Source: Camelus dromedarius
Taxonomy: Eukaryota
Direction of reading: 5' to 3'
DNA length: 64,000 bases
Assembly: GCF_036321535.1 (NCBI RefSeq)
Contig: NC_087436.1
Location: 2,666,001 to 2,730,000, forward strand
Both the position numbers and the translations under genes were made by a program. Shown one piece after another: positions 1-12,599 of the stretch. The notes beneath the pieces were generated by a model. The model ran no database searches. It was given only the letters and a program-made list of their open reading frames with translations, and was not told the DNA's origin. The number at the start of each line of letters is the position of its first letter. Positions within the stretch are counted from its first letter, which is position 1.

Positions 1-2490
1 GGAGCTAGTACCTCCCCATAAATATATATGGAGTGGGGTTTGAAACTGAAAAGAAATTTTGTGTTCCCAACAGGCTAGGTGAAGGACGGCTTTCACACAC
101 AGTTATCTCTGAGAACTGAGCATGTGGAGAGACGTTCGTTCATCTAGCACAAAGGGAACGTGTTGCAGGAGAAACTTTTACTCTGGACTCTCAGTATGTT
201 TCCTAGTGCCGGTTTGAAGTTCCTGCAGTTTTCACAGTCAAACCGAGTTGGAGCTAGTACATCCCCATATATATGTATGGAGTGGAGTTTGCAACTGAAA
301 AGAAACTTTGTGTTCCCAACAAGCTAGGTGAAGGACGGCTTTCACACACACTTATCTCTCAGAACTGACCATGTGGAGAGACGATCGTTCATCTAGCACA
401 AAGGGAAGGGTTTGCAGGAGAAACTTTTACTATGGTTTCTCAGTCTGTTTCCTAGTGCCGGTTTGAAGTTCCTGCAGTTTTCACTGTCAAACCGAGTTGG
501 AGCTAGTACCTCCCCATATATATGTATGGGGTGGAGTTTGCAACTGAAAAGAAACTTTGTGTTCCCAACAAGCTAGGTGAATGACGGCTTTCACACACAC
601 TTATCTCTCAGAACTGAGCATGTGGAGAGACGATCGTTCATCTAGCACAAAGGGAAGGGTTTGCAGGAGAAACTTTTACTCTGGTTTCTCAGTCTGTTTC
701 CTAGTGCCGGTTTGAAGTTCCTGCAGTTTTCACTGTCAAACCGAGTTGGAGCTAGTAACTCCCCATATATATGTATGGAGTGGAGTTTGCAACTGAAAAG
801 AAACTTTGTGTTCCCAACAAGCTAGGTGAAGGACGGCTTTCACACACACTTATCTCTCAGAACGAAGCATGTGGAGAGACGTTCTTTCATCTAGCACAAA
901 GGGAACGGGTTGTAGGGGAAACTTTTTCTCTGATTTCTCAGTCTGTTTCCTAGTGCCGGTTTGAAGTTCCTGCAGTTTTCACTGTAAAACCGAGTTGGAG
1001 CTAGTACCTCCCCATATATATGTATGCAGTGGTGTTTGCTACTGAAAAGAAACTTTGTGTTCCCAACAAGCTATGTGAAGGACGGCTTTCACACACACTT
1101 ATCTCTCAGAACTGAGCATGTGGAGAGACATTCGTTCATCTAGCACAAAGGGAACGGTTTGCAGGAGAAACTTTTACTCTGGTTTCTCAGTCTGTTTCCT
1201 AGTGCCTGTTTGAAGTTCCTGCAGATTTCACTGTAAAACCGAGTTGGAGCTAGTACCTCAACATAAATATGTATGGAGTGGAGTTTGCAAGTGAAAAGAA
1301 ACTTTTTGTTCCCAACAAGCTAGGTGAAGGACGGCTTTCACACACACTTATCTCTGAGAACTGAGCATGTGGAGAGACTTTCGTTCATCTAGCACAAAGG
1401 GAACGTGTTACAGGAGAAACTTTTACTCTGGTTTCTCAGTCTATTTCCTAGTGCCGGTTGGAAGTTCCTGCAGTTTTCACTGTAAAACCGAGTTGGAGCT
1501 AGTACCTCCCCATAAATATGTATGGAGTGGTGTTTGCAACTGAACAGAAACTTTGTGTTCCCAACAAGCTAGGTGAAGGACGGCTTTCACACACATTTTT
1601 CTCTCAGAACTGAGCATGTGGAGAGACGTTCGTTCATCTAGCAGAAAGGGAACGGGTTGTAGGGGAAACTTTTACTCTGGTTTCTCAGTCTGTTTCCTAG
1701 TGCCGGTTTGAAGTTCCTGCAGTTTTCACTGTAAAACCGAGTTGGAGCTAGTACCTCCCCATATATATGTATGGAGTGGTGTTTGCAACTGAAAAGAAAC
1801 TTTGTGTTCCCAACAAGTTAGGTGAAGGACGGCATTCACACACACTAATCTCTCAGAACTGAGCATGTGGAGAGACGTTCGTTCATCTAGCACAAAGGGA
1901 ACGGGTTGCAGGAGAAACTTTTACTGTGGTTTCTCAGTCTGTTTCCTAGTGCCGGTTTGAATTTCCTGCAGTTTTCACTGTAAAAGCGAGTTGGAGCTAG
2001 TACCTCCCCATAAATATATATGGAGTGGGGTTTGAAACTGAAAAGAAACATTGTGTTCCCAACAAGCTAGGTGAAGGACGGCTTTCACACACAGTTATCT
2101 CTGAGAACTGAGCATGTGGAGAGACGTTCGTTCATCTAGCACAAAGGGAACGTGTTGCAGGAGAAACTTTTACTCTGGACTCTCAGTATGTTTCCTAGTG
2201 CCGGTTTGAAGTTCCTGCAGTTTTCACTGTCAAACCGAGTTGGAGCTAGTACCTCCCCATATATATGTATGGAGTGGAGTTTGCAACTGAAAAGAAACTT
2301 TGTGTTCCCAACAAGCTAGGTGAAGGACGGCTTTCACACACAATTATCTCTCAGAACTAAGCATGTGGAGAGACGTTCTTTAATCTAGCACAAAGGGAAC
2401 GGGTTGTAGGGGAAACTTTTACTCTGGTTTCTCAGTCTGTTTCCTAGTGCCGGTTTGAAGTTCCTGCAGTTTTCACTGTAAAACCGAGTT

Positions 2491-5400
2491 GGAGCTAGTA
2501 CCTCCCCATATATATGTATGGAATGGTGTTTGCTACTGAAAAGAAACTTTGTGGTCCCAACAAGTTAGGTGAAGGACGGCTTTCACACACACTTATCTCT
2601 CAGAACTGAGCATGTGGAGAGACGTTCGTTCATCTAGCACAAAGGGAACGGGTTGCAGGAGAAACTTTTACTCTGGATTCTCAGTCTGTTTCCTAGTGCC
2701 GGTTTGAATTTCCTGCAGTTTTCACTGTAAAACCGAGTTGGAGCTAGTACCTCCCAATAAATATATATGGAGTGGGGTTTGCAACTGAAAAGAAACTTTG
2801 TGTTCCCAACAAGTTAGGTGAACGAAGGCTTTCACACACACTTATCTATCAGAACTGAGCATGTGGAGAGACGTTTGTTTATCTAGCACAAAGGGAACGG
2901 GTTGTCGGAGAAACTTTTACTCTGGTTTCTCAGTCTGTTTCCTAGTGCCGGTTTGAATTTCCTGCAGTTTTCACTGTAAAACCGAGTTGGATCTAGCACC
3001 TCGCCATAAATATATATGGAGTGGAGTTTGCAACTGAAAAGAAACTTTGTGTTCCCAACAAGGTAGGTGAAGGACGGCTTTCACATACACTTATCTCTGA
3101 GAACTGAGCATGTGGAGAGACGTTCGTTCATCTAGCACAAAGGGAACGTGTTGCAGGAGAAACATTTACTCTGGTCTCTCAGTCTGTTTCCTAGTGCCGG
3201 TTTGAAGTTCCTGCAATTTTCACTGTCAAACCGAGTTGGAGCTAGTACCTCCCCATATATATGTATGGAGTGCAGTTAGCAACTGAAAAGAAAATTTGTG
3301 TTTCCAACAAGCTAGGTGAAGGACGTCTTTCACACACACTTATCTCTCACAACTGAGCATGTGGAGAGACGTTCGTTCATCTAGCACAAATGGAACGGGT
3401 TACAGGAGAAACTATACTCTGGATCCTGAGTCTGTTTCCTAGTGCCCGTTTGAAGTTCCTGCAGTTTTCACTGTAAAACCGAGTTGGAGCTAGTACCTCC
3501 CCATATATATGTATGGAGTGGAGTTTGCAACTGAAAAAAACTTTGTGTTCCCAACAAGCTAGGTGAAGTACGGCTTTCACACACACTTATCTCTCAGAAC
3601 TGAGCATGTGGAGAGACTTTCGTTCATGTAGCACAAAGGGAACGGTTTGCAGGAGAAACTTTTACTCTGGTTTATCAGTCTGTTTCCTAGTGCCGGTTTG
3701 AAGTTCCTGCAGTTTTCACTCTAAAACCGAGTTGGAGCTAGTACCTCCCATAAATATGTATGGAGTGGTGTTTGCAACTGAACAGAATCTTTGTGTTCCC
3801 AACAAGCTAGGTGAATGTTCGCTTTCACACACACATATCTCTGAGAAATGAGCATGTGGAGAGACGTTCGTTCATCTAGCACAAATGGAACATGTTGCAG
3901 GAGAAACTTTTACTCTGGTCTCTCAGTATGTTTCCTAGTGCCGGTTTGAAGTTACTGCAGTTTTCACTGTAAAACCGTGTTGGAGCTAGTACCTCCCCAT
4001 ATATATGTATGGAGTGGAGTTTTCAACTGAAAAGAAACTTTGTGTTCCCAACAAGCTAGGTGAAGGACGGCTTTCACACACACTTCCTCTCAGAACTGAG
4101 CATGTGGAGAGACGTTCGTTCATCTAGCAAAAAGGAACGGGTTGCAGGAGATACTTTTACTCTGGTCTCTCAGGCTGTTTCCTAGTGCCGGTTTGAAGTT
4201 CCTGCGGTTTTCACTGTAAAACCGAGTTGGAGCTAGTACCTCCCCATATATATGTATGGAGTGGAGTTTGCAACTGAAAAGAAACTTTGTGTTCCCAATA
4301 AGCTAGGTGAAGGACGGCTTTCACACACACTTATCTCTCAGAACTGAGCATGTGGAGAGACGTTCGTTCATCTAGCACAAAGGGAACGGGTTGCAAGAGA
4401 AAATTTTTCTCTTGTTTCTCAGTCTGTTTCCTAGTGCCGGTTTGAAGTTCCTGCAGTTTTCACTGTAAAACCGAGTTGGAGCTAGTACCTCCCCATATAT
4501 ATGTATGGAGTGGTGTTTGCTACTGAAAAGAAACTTTGTGGTCCCAACAAGTTAGGTGAAGGACGGCTTTCACACACACTTATCTCTCAGAACTGAGCAT
4601 GAGGAGAGACGTTCGTTCATCTAGCACAAAGGGAACGGGTTGCAGGAGAAACTTTTACTCTGGATTCTCAGTCTGTTTCCTAGTGCCGGTTTGAATTTCC
4701 TGCAGTTTTCACTGTAAAACCGAGTTGGAGCTAGTACCTCCCAATAAATATATATGGAGTGGGGTTTGCAACTGAAAAGAAACTTTGTGTTCCCAACAAG
4801 TTAGGTGAACGAAGGCTTTCACACACACTTATCTCTCAGAACTGAGCATGTGGAGAGACGTTTGTTTATCTAGCACAAAGGGAACGGGTTGTCGGAGAAA
4901 CTTTTACTCTGGTTTCTCAGTCTGTTTCCTAGTGCCGGTTTGAATTTCCTGCAGTTTTCACTGTAAAACCGAGTTGGATCTAGCACCTCCCCATAAATAT
5001 ATATGGAGTGGAGTTTGCAACTGAAAAGAAACTTTGTGTTCCCAACAAGGTAGGTGAAGGACGGCTTTCACATACACTTATCTCTGAGAACTGAGCATGT
5101 GGAGAGACGTTCGTTCATCTAGCACAAAGGGAACGTGTTGCAGGAGAAACTTTTACTCTGGTCTCTCAGTCTGTTTCCTAGTGCCGGTTTGAAGTTCCTG
5201 CAATTTTCACTGTCAAACCGAGTTGGAGCTAGTACCTCCCCATATATATGTATGGAGTGCAGTTAGCAACTGAAAAGAAAATTTGTGTTTCCAACAAGCT
5301 AGGTGAAGGACGTCTTTCACACACACTTATCTCTCACAACTGAGCATGTGGAGAGACGTTCGTTCATCTAGCACAAATGGAACGGGTTACAGGAGAAACT

Positions 5401-8400
5401 ATACTCTGTTTCCTGAGTCTGTTTCCTAGTGCCCGTTTGAAGTTCCTGCAGTTTTCACTGTAAAACCGAGTTGGAGCTAGTACCTCCCCATATATATGTA
5501 TGGAGTGGAGTTTGCAACTGAAAAAAACTTTGTGTTCCCAACAAGCTAGGTGAAGTACGGCTTTCACACACACTTATCTCTCAGAACTGAGCATGTGGAG
5601 AGACTTTCGTTCATGTAGCACAAAGGGAACGGTTTGCAGGAGAAACTTTTACTCTGGTTTATCAGTCTGTTTCCTAGTGCCGGTTTGAAGTTCCTGCAGT
5701 TTTCACTCTAAAACCGAGTTGGAGCTAGTACCTCCCATAAATATGTATGGAGTGCTGTTTGCAACTGAACAGAAACTTTGTGTTCCCAACAAGCTAGGTG
5801 AATGTTCGCTTTCACACACACATATCTCTGAGAAATGAGCATGTGGAGAGACGTTCGTTCATCTAGCACAAATGGAACGTGTTGCAGGAGAAACTTTTAC
5901 TCTGGTCTCTCAGTATGTTTCCTAGTGCCGGTTTGAAGTTACTGCAGTTTTCACTGTAAAACCGTGTTGGAGCTAGTACCTCCCCATATATATGTATGGA
6001 GTGGAGTTTTCAACTGAAAAGAAACTTTGTGTTCCCAACAAGCTAGGTGAAGGACGGCTTTCACACACACTTCCTCTCAGAACTGAGCATGTGGAGAGAC
6101 GTTCGTTCATCTAGCAAAAAGGAACGGGTTGCAGGAGATACTTTTACTCTGGTCTCTCAGGCTGTTTCCTAGTGCCGGTTTGAAGTTCCTGCGGTTTTCA
6201 CTGTAAAACCGAGTTGGAGCTAGTACCTCCCCATATATATGTATGGAGTGGAGTTTGCAACTGAAAAGAAACTTTGTGTTCCCAATAAGCTAGGTGAAGG
6301 ACGGCTTTCACACACACTTATCTCTCAGAACTGAGCATGTGGAGAGACGTTCGTTCATCTAGCACAAAGGGAACGGGTTGCAAGAGAAAATTTTACTCTT
6401 GTTTCTCAGTCTGTTTCCTAGCGCCGGTTTGAAGTTCCTGCAGTTTTTACTGTAAAACCGAGTTGGAGCTAGTACCTCCCCATATATATGTATGGAGTGG
6501 AGTTTGCAACTGAAAAGAAACTTTGTGTTCCCAACAAGCTAGGTGAATGACGGCTTTCACACACACTTATCTCTCAGAACTGAGCATGTGGAGAGACGTT
6601 TGTTCATCTAGCACAAAGGGAACGGGTTGCAGGATAAACTTTTACTCTGGTTTCTAAGTCTGTTTCCTAGTGCCGGTTTGAAGTTCCTGCAGTTTTCACT
6701 GTAAAACCGAGTTGAAGCTTGTACATCCCCATATATATGTATGCAGTGCAGTTTGCAACTGAAAAGAAACTTTGTGTTCCCAACAAGTTAGGTGAACGAA
6801 GGCTTTCACACACACTTATCTCTCAGAACTGAGCATGTGGAGAGACGTTTGTTTATCTAGCACAAAGGGAACGGGTTGTCGGAGAAACTTTTACTCTGGT
6901 TTCTCAGTCTGTTTCCTAGTGCCGGTTTGAATTTCCTGCAGTTTTCACTGTAAAACCGAGTTGGATCTAGCACCTCCCCATAAATATATATGGAGTGGAG
7001 TTTGCAACTGAAAAGAAACTTTGTGTTCCCAACAAGGTAGGTGAAGGACGGCTTTCACATACACTTATCTCTGAGAACTGAGCATGTGGAGAGACGTTCG
7101 TTCATCTAGCACAAAGGGAACGTGTTGCAGGAGAAACTTTTACTCTGGTCTCTCAGTCTGTTTCCTAGTGCCGGTTTGAAGTTCCTGCAATTTTCACTGT
7201 CAAACCGAGTTGGAGCTAGTACCTCCCCATATATATGTATGGAGTGCAGTTAGCAACTGAAAAGAAAATTTGTGTTTCCAACAAGCTAGGTGAAGGACGT
7301 CTTTCACACACACTTATCTCTCACAACTGAGCATGTGGAGAGACGTTCGTTCATCTAGCACAAATGGAACGGGTTACAGGAGAAACTATACTCTGTTTCC
7401 TGAGTCTGTTTCCTAGTGCCCGTTTGAAGTTCCTGCAGTTTTCACTGTAAAACCGAGTTGGAGCTAGTACCTCCCCATATATATGTATGGAGTGGAGTTT
7501 GCAACTGAAAAAAACTTTGTGTTCCCAACAAGCTAGGTGAAGTACGGCTTTCACACACACTTATCTCTCAGAACTGAGCATGTGGAGAGACTTTCGTTCA
7601 TGTAGCACAAAGGGAACGGTTTGCAGGAGAAACTTTTACTCTGGTTTATCAGTCTGTTTCCTAGTGCCGGTTTGAAGTTCCTGCAGTTTTCACTCTAAAA
7701 CCGAGTTGGAGCTAGTACCTCCCATAAATATGTATGGAGTGGTGTTTGCAACTGAACAGAAACTTTGTGTTCCCAACAAGCTAGGTGAATGTTCGCTTTC
7801 ACACACACATATCTCTGAGAAATGAGCATGTGGAGAGACGTTCGTTCATCTAGCACAAATGGAACGTGTTGCAGGAGAAACTTTTACTCTGGTCTCTCAG
7901 TATGTTTCCTAGTGCCGGTTTGAAGTTACTGCAGTTTTCACTGTAAAACCGTGTTGGAGCTAGTACCTCCCCATATATATGTATGGAGTGGAGTTTTCAA
8001 CTGAAAAGAAACTTTGTGTTCCCAACAAGCTAGGTGAAGGACGGCTTTCACACACACTTCCTCTCAGAACTGAGCATGTGGAGAGACGTTCGTTCATCTA
8101 GCACAAAGGGAACGGGTTGCAGGAGATACTTTTACTCTGGTCTCTCAGGCTGTTTCCTAGTGCCGGTTTGAAGTTCCTGCGGTTTTCACTGTAAAACCGA
8201 GTTGGAGCTAGTACCTCCCCATATATATGTATGGAGTGGAGTTTGCAACTGAAAAGAAACTTTGTGTTCCCAATAAGCTAGGTGAAGGACGGCTTTCACA
8301 CACACTTATCTCTCAGAACTGAGCATGTGGAGAGACGTTCGTTCATCTAGCACAAAGGGAACGGGTTGCAAGAGAAAATTTTACTCTTGTTTCTCAGTCT

Positions 8401-8760
8401 GTTTCCTAGCGCCGGTTTGAAGTTCCTGCAGTTTTTACTGTAAAACCGAGTTGGAGCTAGTACCTCCCCATATATATGTATGGAGTGGAGTTTGCAACTG
8501 AAAAGAAACTTTGTGTTCCCAACAAGCTAGGTGAATGACGGCTTTCACACACACTTATCTCTCAGAACTGAGCATGTGGAGAGACGTTTGTTCATCTAGC
8601 ACAAAGGGAACGGGTTGCAGGATAAACTTTTACTCTGGTTTCTAAGTCTGTTTCCTAGTCCCGGTTTGAAGTTCCTGCAGTATTCACTGTAAAACCGAGT
8701 TGAAGCTTGTACATCCCCATATATATGTATGCAGTGAAGTTTGCAACTGAAAAGAAACTT
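2491..8760. repeat. 8-monomer (1987-bp) higher-order unit, about three tandem copies
   Basis: Monomer starts at 2491, 4478, 6465 and 8453. Shared rare variants (GGATCTAGCACC, ACTATACTCT, CTGAAAAAAACTTT, TGAATGTTCGC, CACTTCCTCT) recur at 1987-bp spacing. Near-identical ORFs lie at 3377, 5364 and 7351. Confidence 0.95.
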
Positions 8761-9705
8761 TGTGTTCCCAACAAGCTAGGTGAAGGACGGCTTTCACTCA
8801 CACTTATCTCTGAGAACTGAGCATGTGGAGAGACGTTCGTTCATCTAGCACAAAATGAACGTGTTGCAGGAGAAACTTTTTCTCTGGTCTCTCATTCTGT
8901 TTCCTAGTGCCGGTTTGATGTTACTTCAGTTTTCACTGTAAAACCGTGTTGGAGCTAGTACCTCCCCATATATATGTATGGAGAGGAGTTTGCAACAGAA
9001 AAGAAACTTTGTGTTCCCAACAAGCTAGTTGAAGTACGGCTTTCACACACACTTATCTCTCAGAACTGAGCATGTGGAGAGACGTTCGTTCATCTAGCAC
9101 AAAGGGAACGGGTTGCAAGAGAAAATTTTACTCTTGTTTCTCAGTCTGTTTCCTAGCGCCGGTTTGAAGTTCCTGCAGTTTTTACTGTAAAACCGAGTTG
9201 GAGCTAGTACCTCCCCATATATATGTATGGAGTGGAGTTTGCAACTGAAAAGAAACTTTGTGTTCCCAACAAGCTAGGTGAATGACGGCTTTCACACACA
9301 CTTATCTCTCAGAACTGAGCATGTGGAGAGACGTTTGTTCATCTAGCACAAAGGGAACGGGTTGCAGGATAAACTTTTACTCTGGTTTCTAAGTCTGTTT
9401 CCTAGTCCCGGTTTGAAGTTCCTGCAGTATTCACTGTAAAACCGAGTTGAAGCTTGTACATCCCCATATATATGTATGCAGTGCAGTTTGCAACTGAAAA
9501 GAAACTTTGTGTTCCCAACAAGCTAGGTGAAGGACGGCTTTCACTCACACTTATCTCTGAGAACTGAGCATGTGGAGAGACGTTCGTTCATCTAGCACAA
9601 AATGAACGTGTTGCAGGAGAAACTTTTTCTCTGGTCTCTCATTCTGTTTCCTAGTGCCGGTTTGATGTTACTTCAGTTTTCACTGTAAAACCGTGTTGGA
9701 GCTAG
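8310..9705. repeat. 3-monomer (747-bp) local tandem duplication
   Basis: CCTAGCGCC, TTCTAAGTC, CCTAGTCCCGG, CAGTATTCAC, TGAAGCTTGTACATC, TTTCACTCAC and CAAAATGAACG each occur twice, 747 bp apart (monomer starts 8453 and 9200). Confidence 0.92.
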
Positions 9706-12599
9706 TACATCCCCATATATATGTATGGAGTGGAGTTTGCAAGTGAAAAGAAACTTTGTGTTCCCAACAAGCTAGGTGAATTAAGGCTTTCACACACACT
9801 TATCTCTGAGAACTGAGCATGTGGAGAGACTTTCCTTCATCTAGCAAAAGGGAACGTGTTGCAGGAGAAACTTTTACTCTGGTCTCTCAGTCTGTTTCCT
9901 AGTGCCGGTTTGAAGTTCCTGCAGTTTTCACTGTAAAACCGAGTTGGAGCTAGTACCTCCCCATATATATGTATGGAGTGGAGTTTGCAACTGAAAAGAA
10001 ACTTTGTGTTCCCAACAAGCTAGGTGAAGGACGGCTTTCACACACACTTATCTCTCAGAACTAAGCATGTGGAGAGACGTTCGTTCACCTAGCACAAAGG
10101 GAACGGTTTGCAGGAGAAACTTTTACTCTGGTTTCTCAGTCTGTTTCCTAGTGCCGGTTTGAAGTTCCTGCAGTTTTCACTGTAAAACCGATTTGGAGCT
10201 AGTACATCCCCATATATATGTATGGAGTGGAGTTTGCAAGTGAAAAGAAACTTTGTGTTCCCAAGAAGCTAGGTGAAGGACGGCTTTCACAGACACTTAT
10301 CTCTGAGAACTGAGCATGTGGAGAGACTTTCGTTCATCTAGCACAAAAGGAACGTTTTGCAGGAGAAACTTTTACTCTGGCTTCTCATTCTGTTTCCTAG
10401 TGCCGGTATGATGTTACTTCAGTTTTCACTGGAAAACCGTGTTGGAGCTAGTACCTCCCCATATTTATGTATGGAGAGGAGTTTGCAACAGAAAAGAAAC
10501 TTTGTGTTCCCAACAAGCTAGTTGAAGTACGGCTTTCACACACACTTATCTCTCAGAACTGAGCATGTGGAGAGACGTTCGTTCATCTAGCACAAAGGGA
10601 ACAGGTTGCAGGAGAAACTTTTACTGTGGATTCTCAGTCTGTTTCCTAGTGCCGGTTTGAAGTTCCTGCAGTTTTCACTGTAAAACCGAGTTGGAGCTAG
10701 TACCTCCCCATATATATGTATGGAGTGGAGTTTGCAACTTAAAAGAAACTTTGTGTTCCCAACAAGCTAAGTGAATGACCGCTTTCACACACACATATCT
10801 CTGAGAAATGAGCATGTGGAGAGACGTTCGTTCATCTAGCACAAAGGGAACGTGTTGCAGGAGAAACTTTTACTCTGGTCTCTCAGTCTGTTTCCTAGTG
10901 CCGGTTTGAAGTTACTGCAGTTTTCACTGTAAAACCGTGTTGGGGCTAGTACCTCCCCATATATATGTATGGAGTGGAGTTTGCAACTGAAAAGAAACTT
11001 TGTGTTCCCAACAAGCTAGGTGAAGGACGGCTTTCACACACACTTCCTCTCAGAACTGAGCATGTGGAGAGACGTTCGTTCATCTAGCAAAAAGGGAACG
11101 GGTTGCAGGAGAAACTTTTACTCTGGTCTCTCAGGCTGTTTCCTAGTGCCGGTTTGAAGTTCCTCCGGTTATCACTGTAAAACCGTGTTGGAGCTAGTAC
11201 CTCCCCATATATATGTATGGAGTGGAGTTTGCAACTGAAAAGAAACTTTGTGTTCCCAACAAGCTAGGTGAATTTCGGCTTTCACACACACTTATCTCTC
11301 AGAACTGAGCATGTGGAGTGACGTTCGTTCATCTAGCACAAAGGGAACGGGTTGCAGGAGAAACTTTTACTCTGGTTTCTCAGTCTGTTTCCTAGTGCCG
11401 GTTTGAAGTTCCTGCAGTTTTCACTGTAAAACCGGGTTGGAGCTAGTACCTCCCCATATATATGTATGGAGTGGAGTTTGCAACTGAAAAGAAACTTTGT
11501 GTTCCCAACAAGCTAGGTGAATGACGGCTTTCACACACACTTATCTCTTCAGAACTGAGCATGTGGAGAGACGATCGTTCATCTAGCACAAAGGGAAGGG
11601 TTTGCAGGAGAAACTTTTACTCTGGTTTCTCAGTCTGTTTCCTAGTGCCGGTTTGAATTTCCTGCAGTTTTCACTGTAAAACCGAGTTGGAGCTTGTACA
11701 TCCCCATATATATGTATGGAGTGCAGTTTGCAACTGAAAAGAAACTTTGTGTTCCCAACAAGCTAGGTGAAGGACGGCTTTCACACACACTTATCTCTCA
11801 GAACTGAGCATGTGGAGAGACGTTCGTTCATCTAGCACAAAAGAACGTGTTGCAGGAGAAATTTTTACTCTGGTCTTCATTCTGTTTCCTAGTGTCGGTT
11901 TGATTTTACTTCAGTTTTCACTGTAAAACCGTGTTGGAGCTAGTACCTCCCCATATATATGTATGGAGAGGAGTTTGCAACAGAAAAGAAACTTTGTGTT
12001 CCCAACAAGCTAGTTGAAGTACGGCTTTCACACACACTTATCTCTCAGAACTGAGCATGTGGAGAGACGTTAGTTCATCTAGCACAAAGGGAACGGGTTG
12101 CAGGAGAAAATTTTACTCTGGTTTCTCAGTCTGTTTCCTAGTGCCGGTTTGAATTTCCTGCAGTTTTCACTGTAAAACCGAGTTGGAGCTAGTACCTACC
12201 CATAAATATATATGGAGTGGAGTTTGCAACTGAAAAGAAACTTTGTGTTCCCAACAAGTTAGGTGAACGAAGGCTTTCACACACACTTATCTGTCAGAAC
12301 TGAGTATGTGGAGAGACGTTCGTTCATCTAGCACAAAGTGAACGTTTTGCAGGAGAAACTTTTACTCTGGTCTCTCAGTCTGTTTCCTAGTGCCGGTTTG
12401 AAGTTACTGCAGTTTTCACTGTAAAACCGTGTTGGAGCTAGTAATTCCCCTTATATATGTATGGAGTGGAGTTTGCAACTGAAAATTAACTTTGTGTTCC
12501 CAACAAGCTAGGTGAAGGACGGCTTTCACACACACTTCCTCTCAGAAATGAGCATGTGGAGAGAAGTTCGTTCATCTAGCACAAAGGGAACGGGTTGCA

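Noticed and set aside
771..953. 60-aa plus-strand ORF
   Set aside because: It is created by a single-monomer variant (AACGAAGC replacing AACTGAGC) that removes a stop codon, so it is chance read-through.
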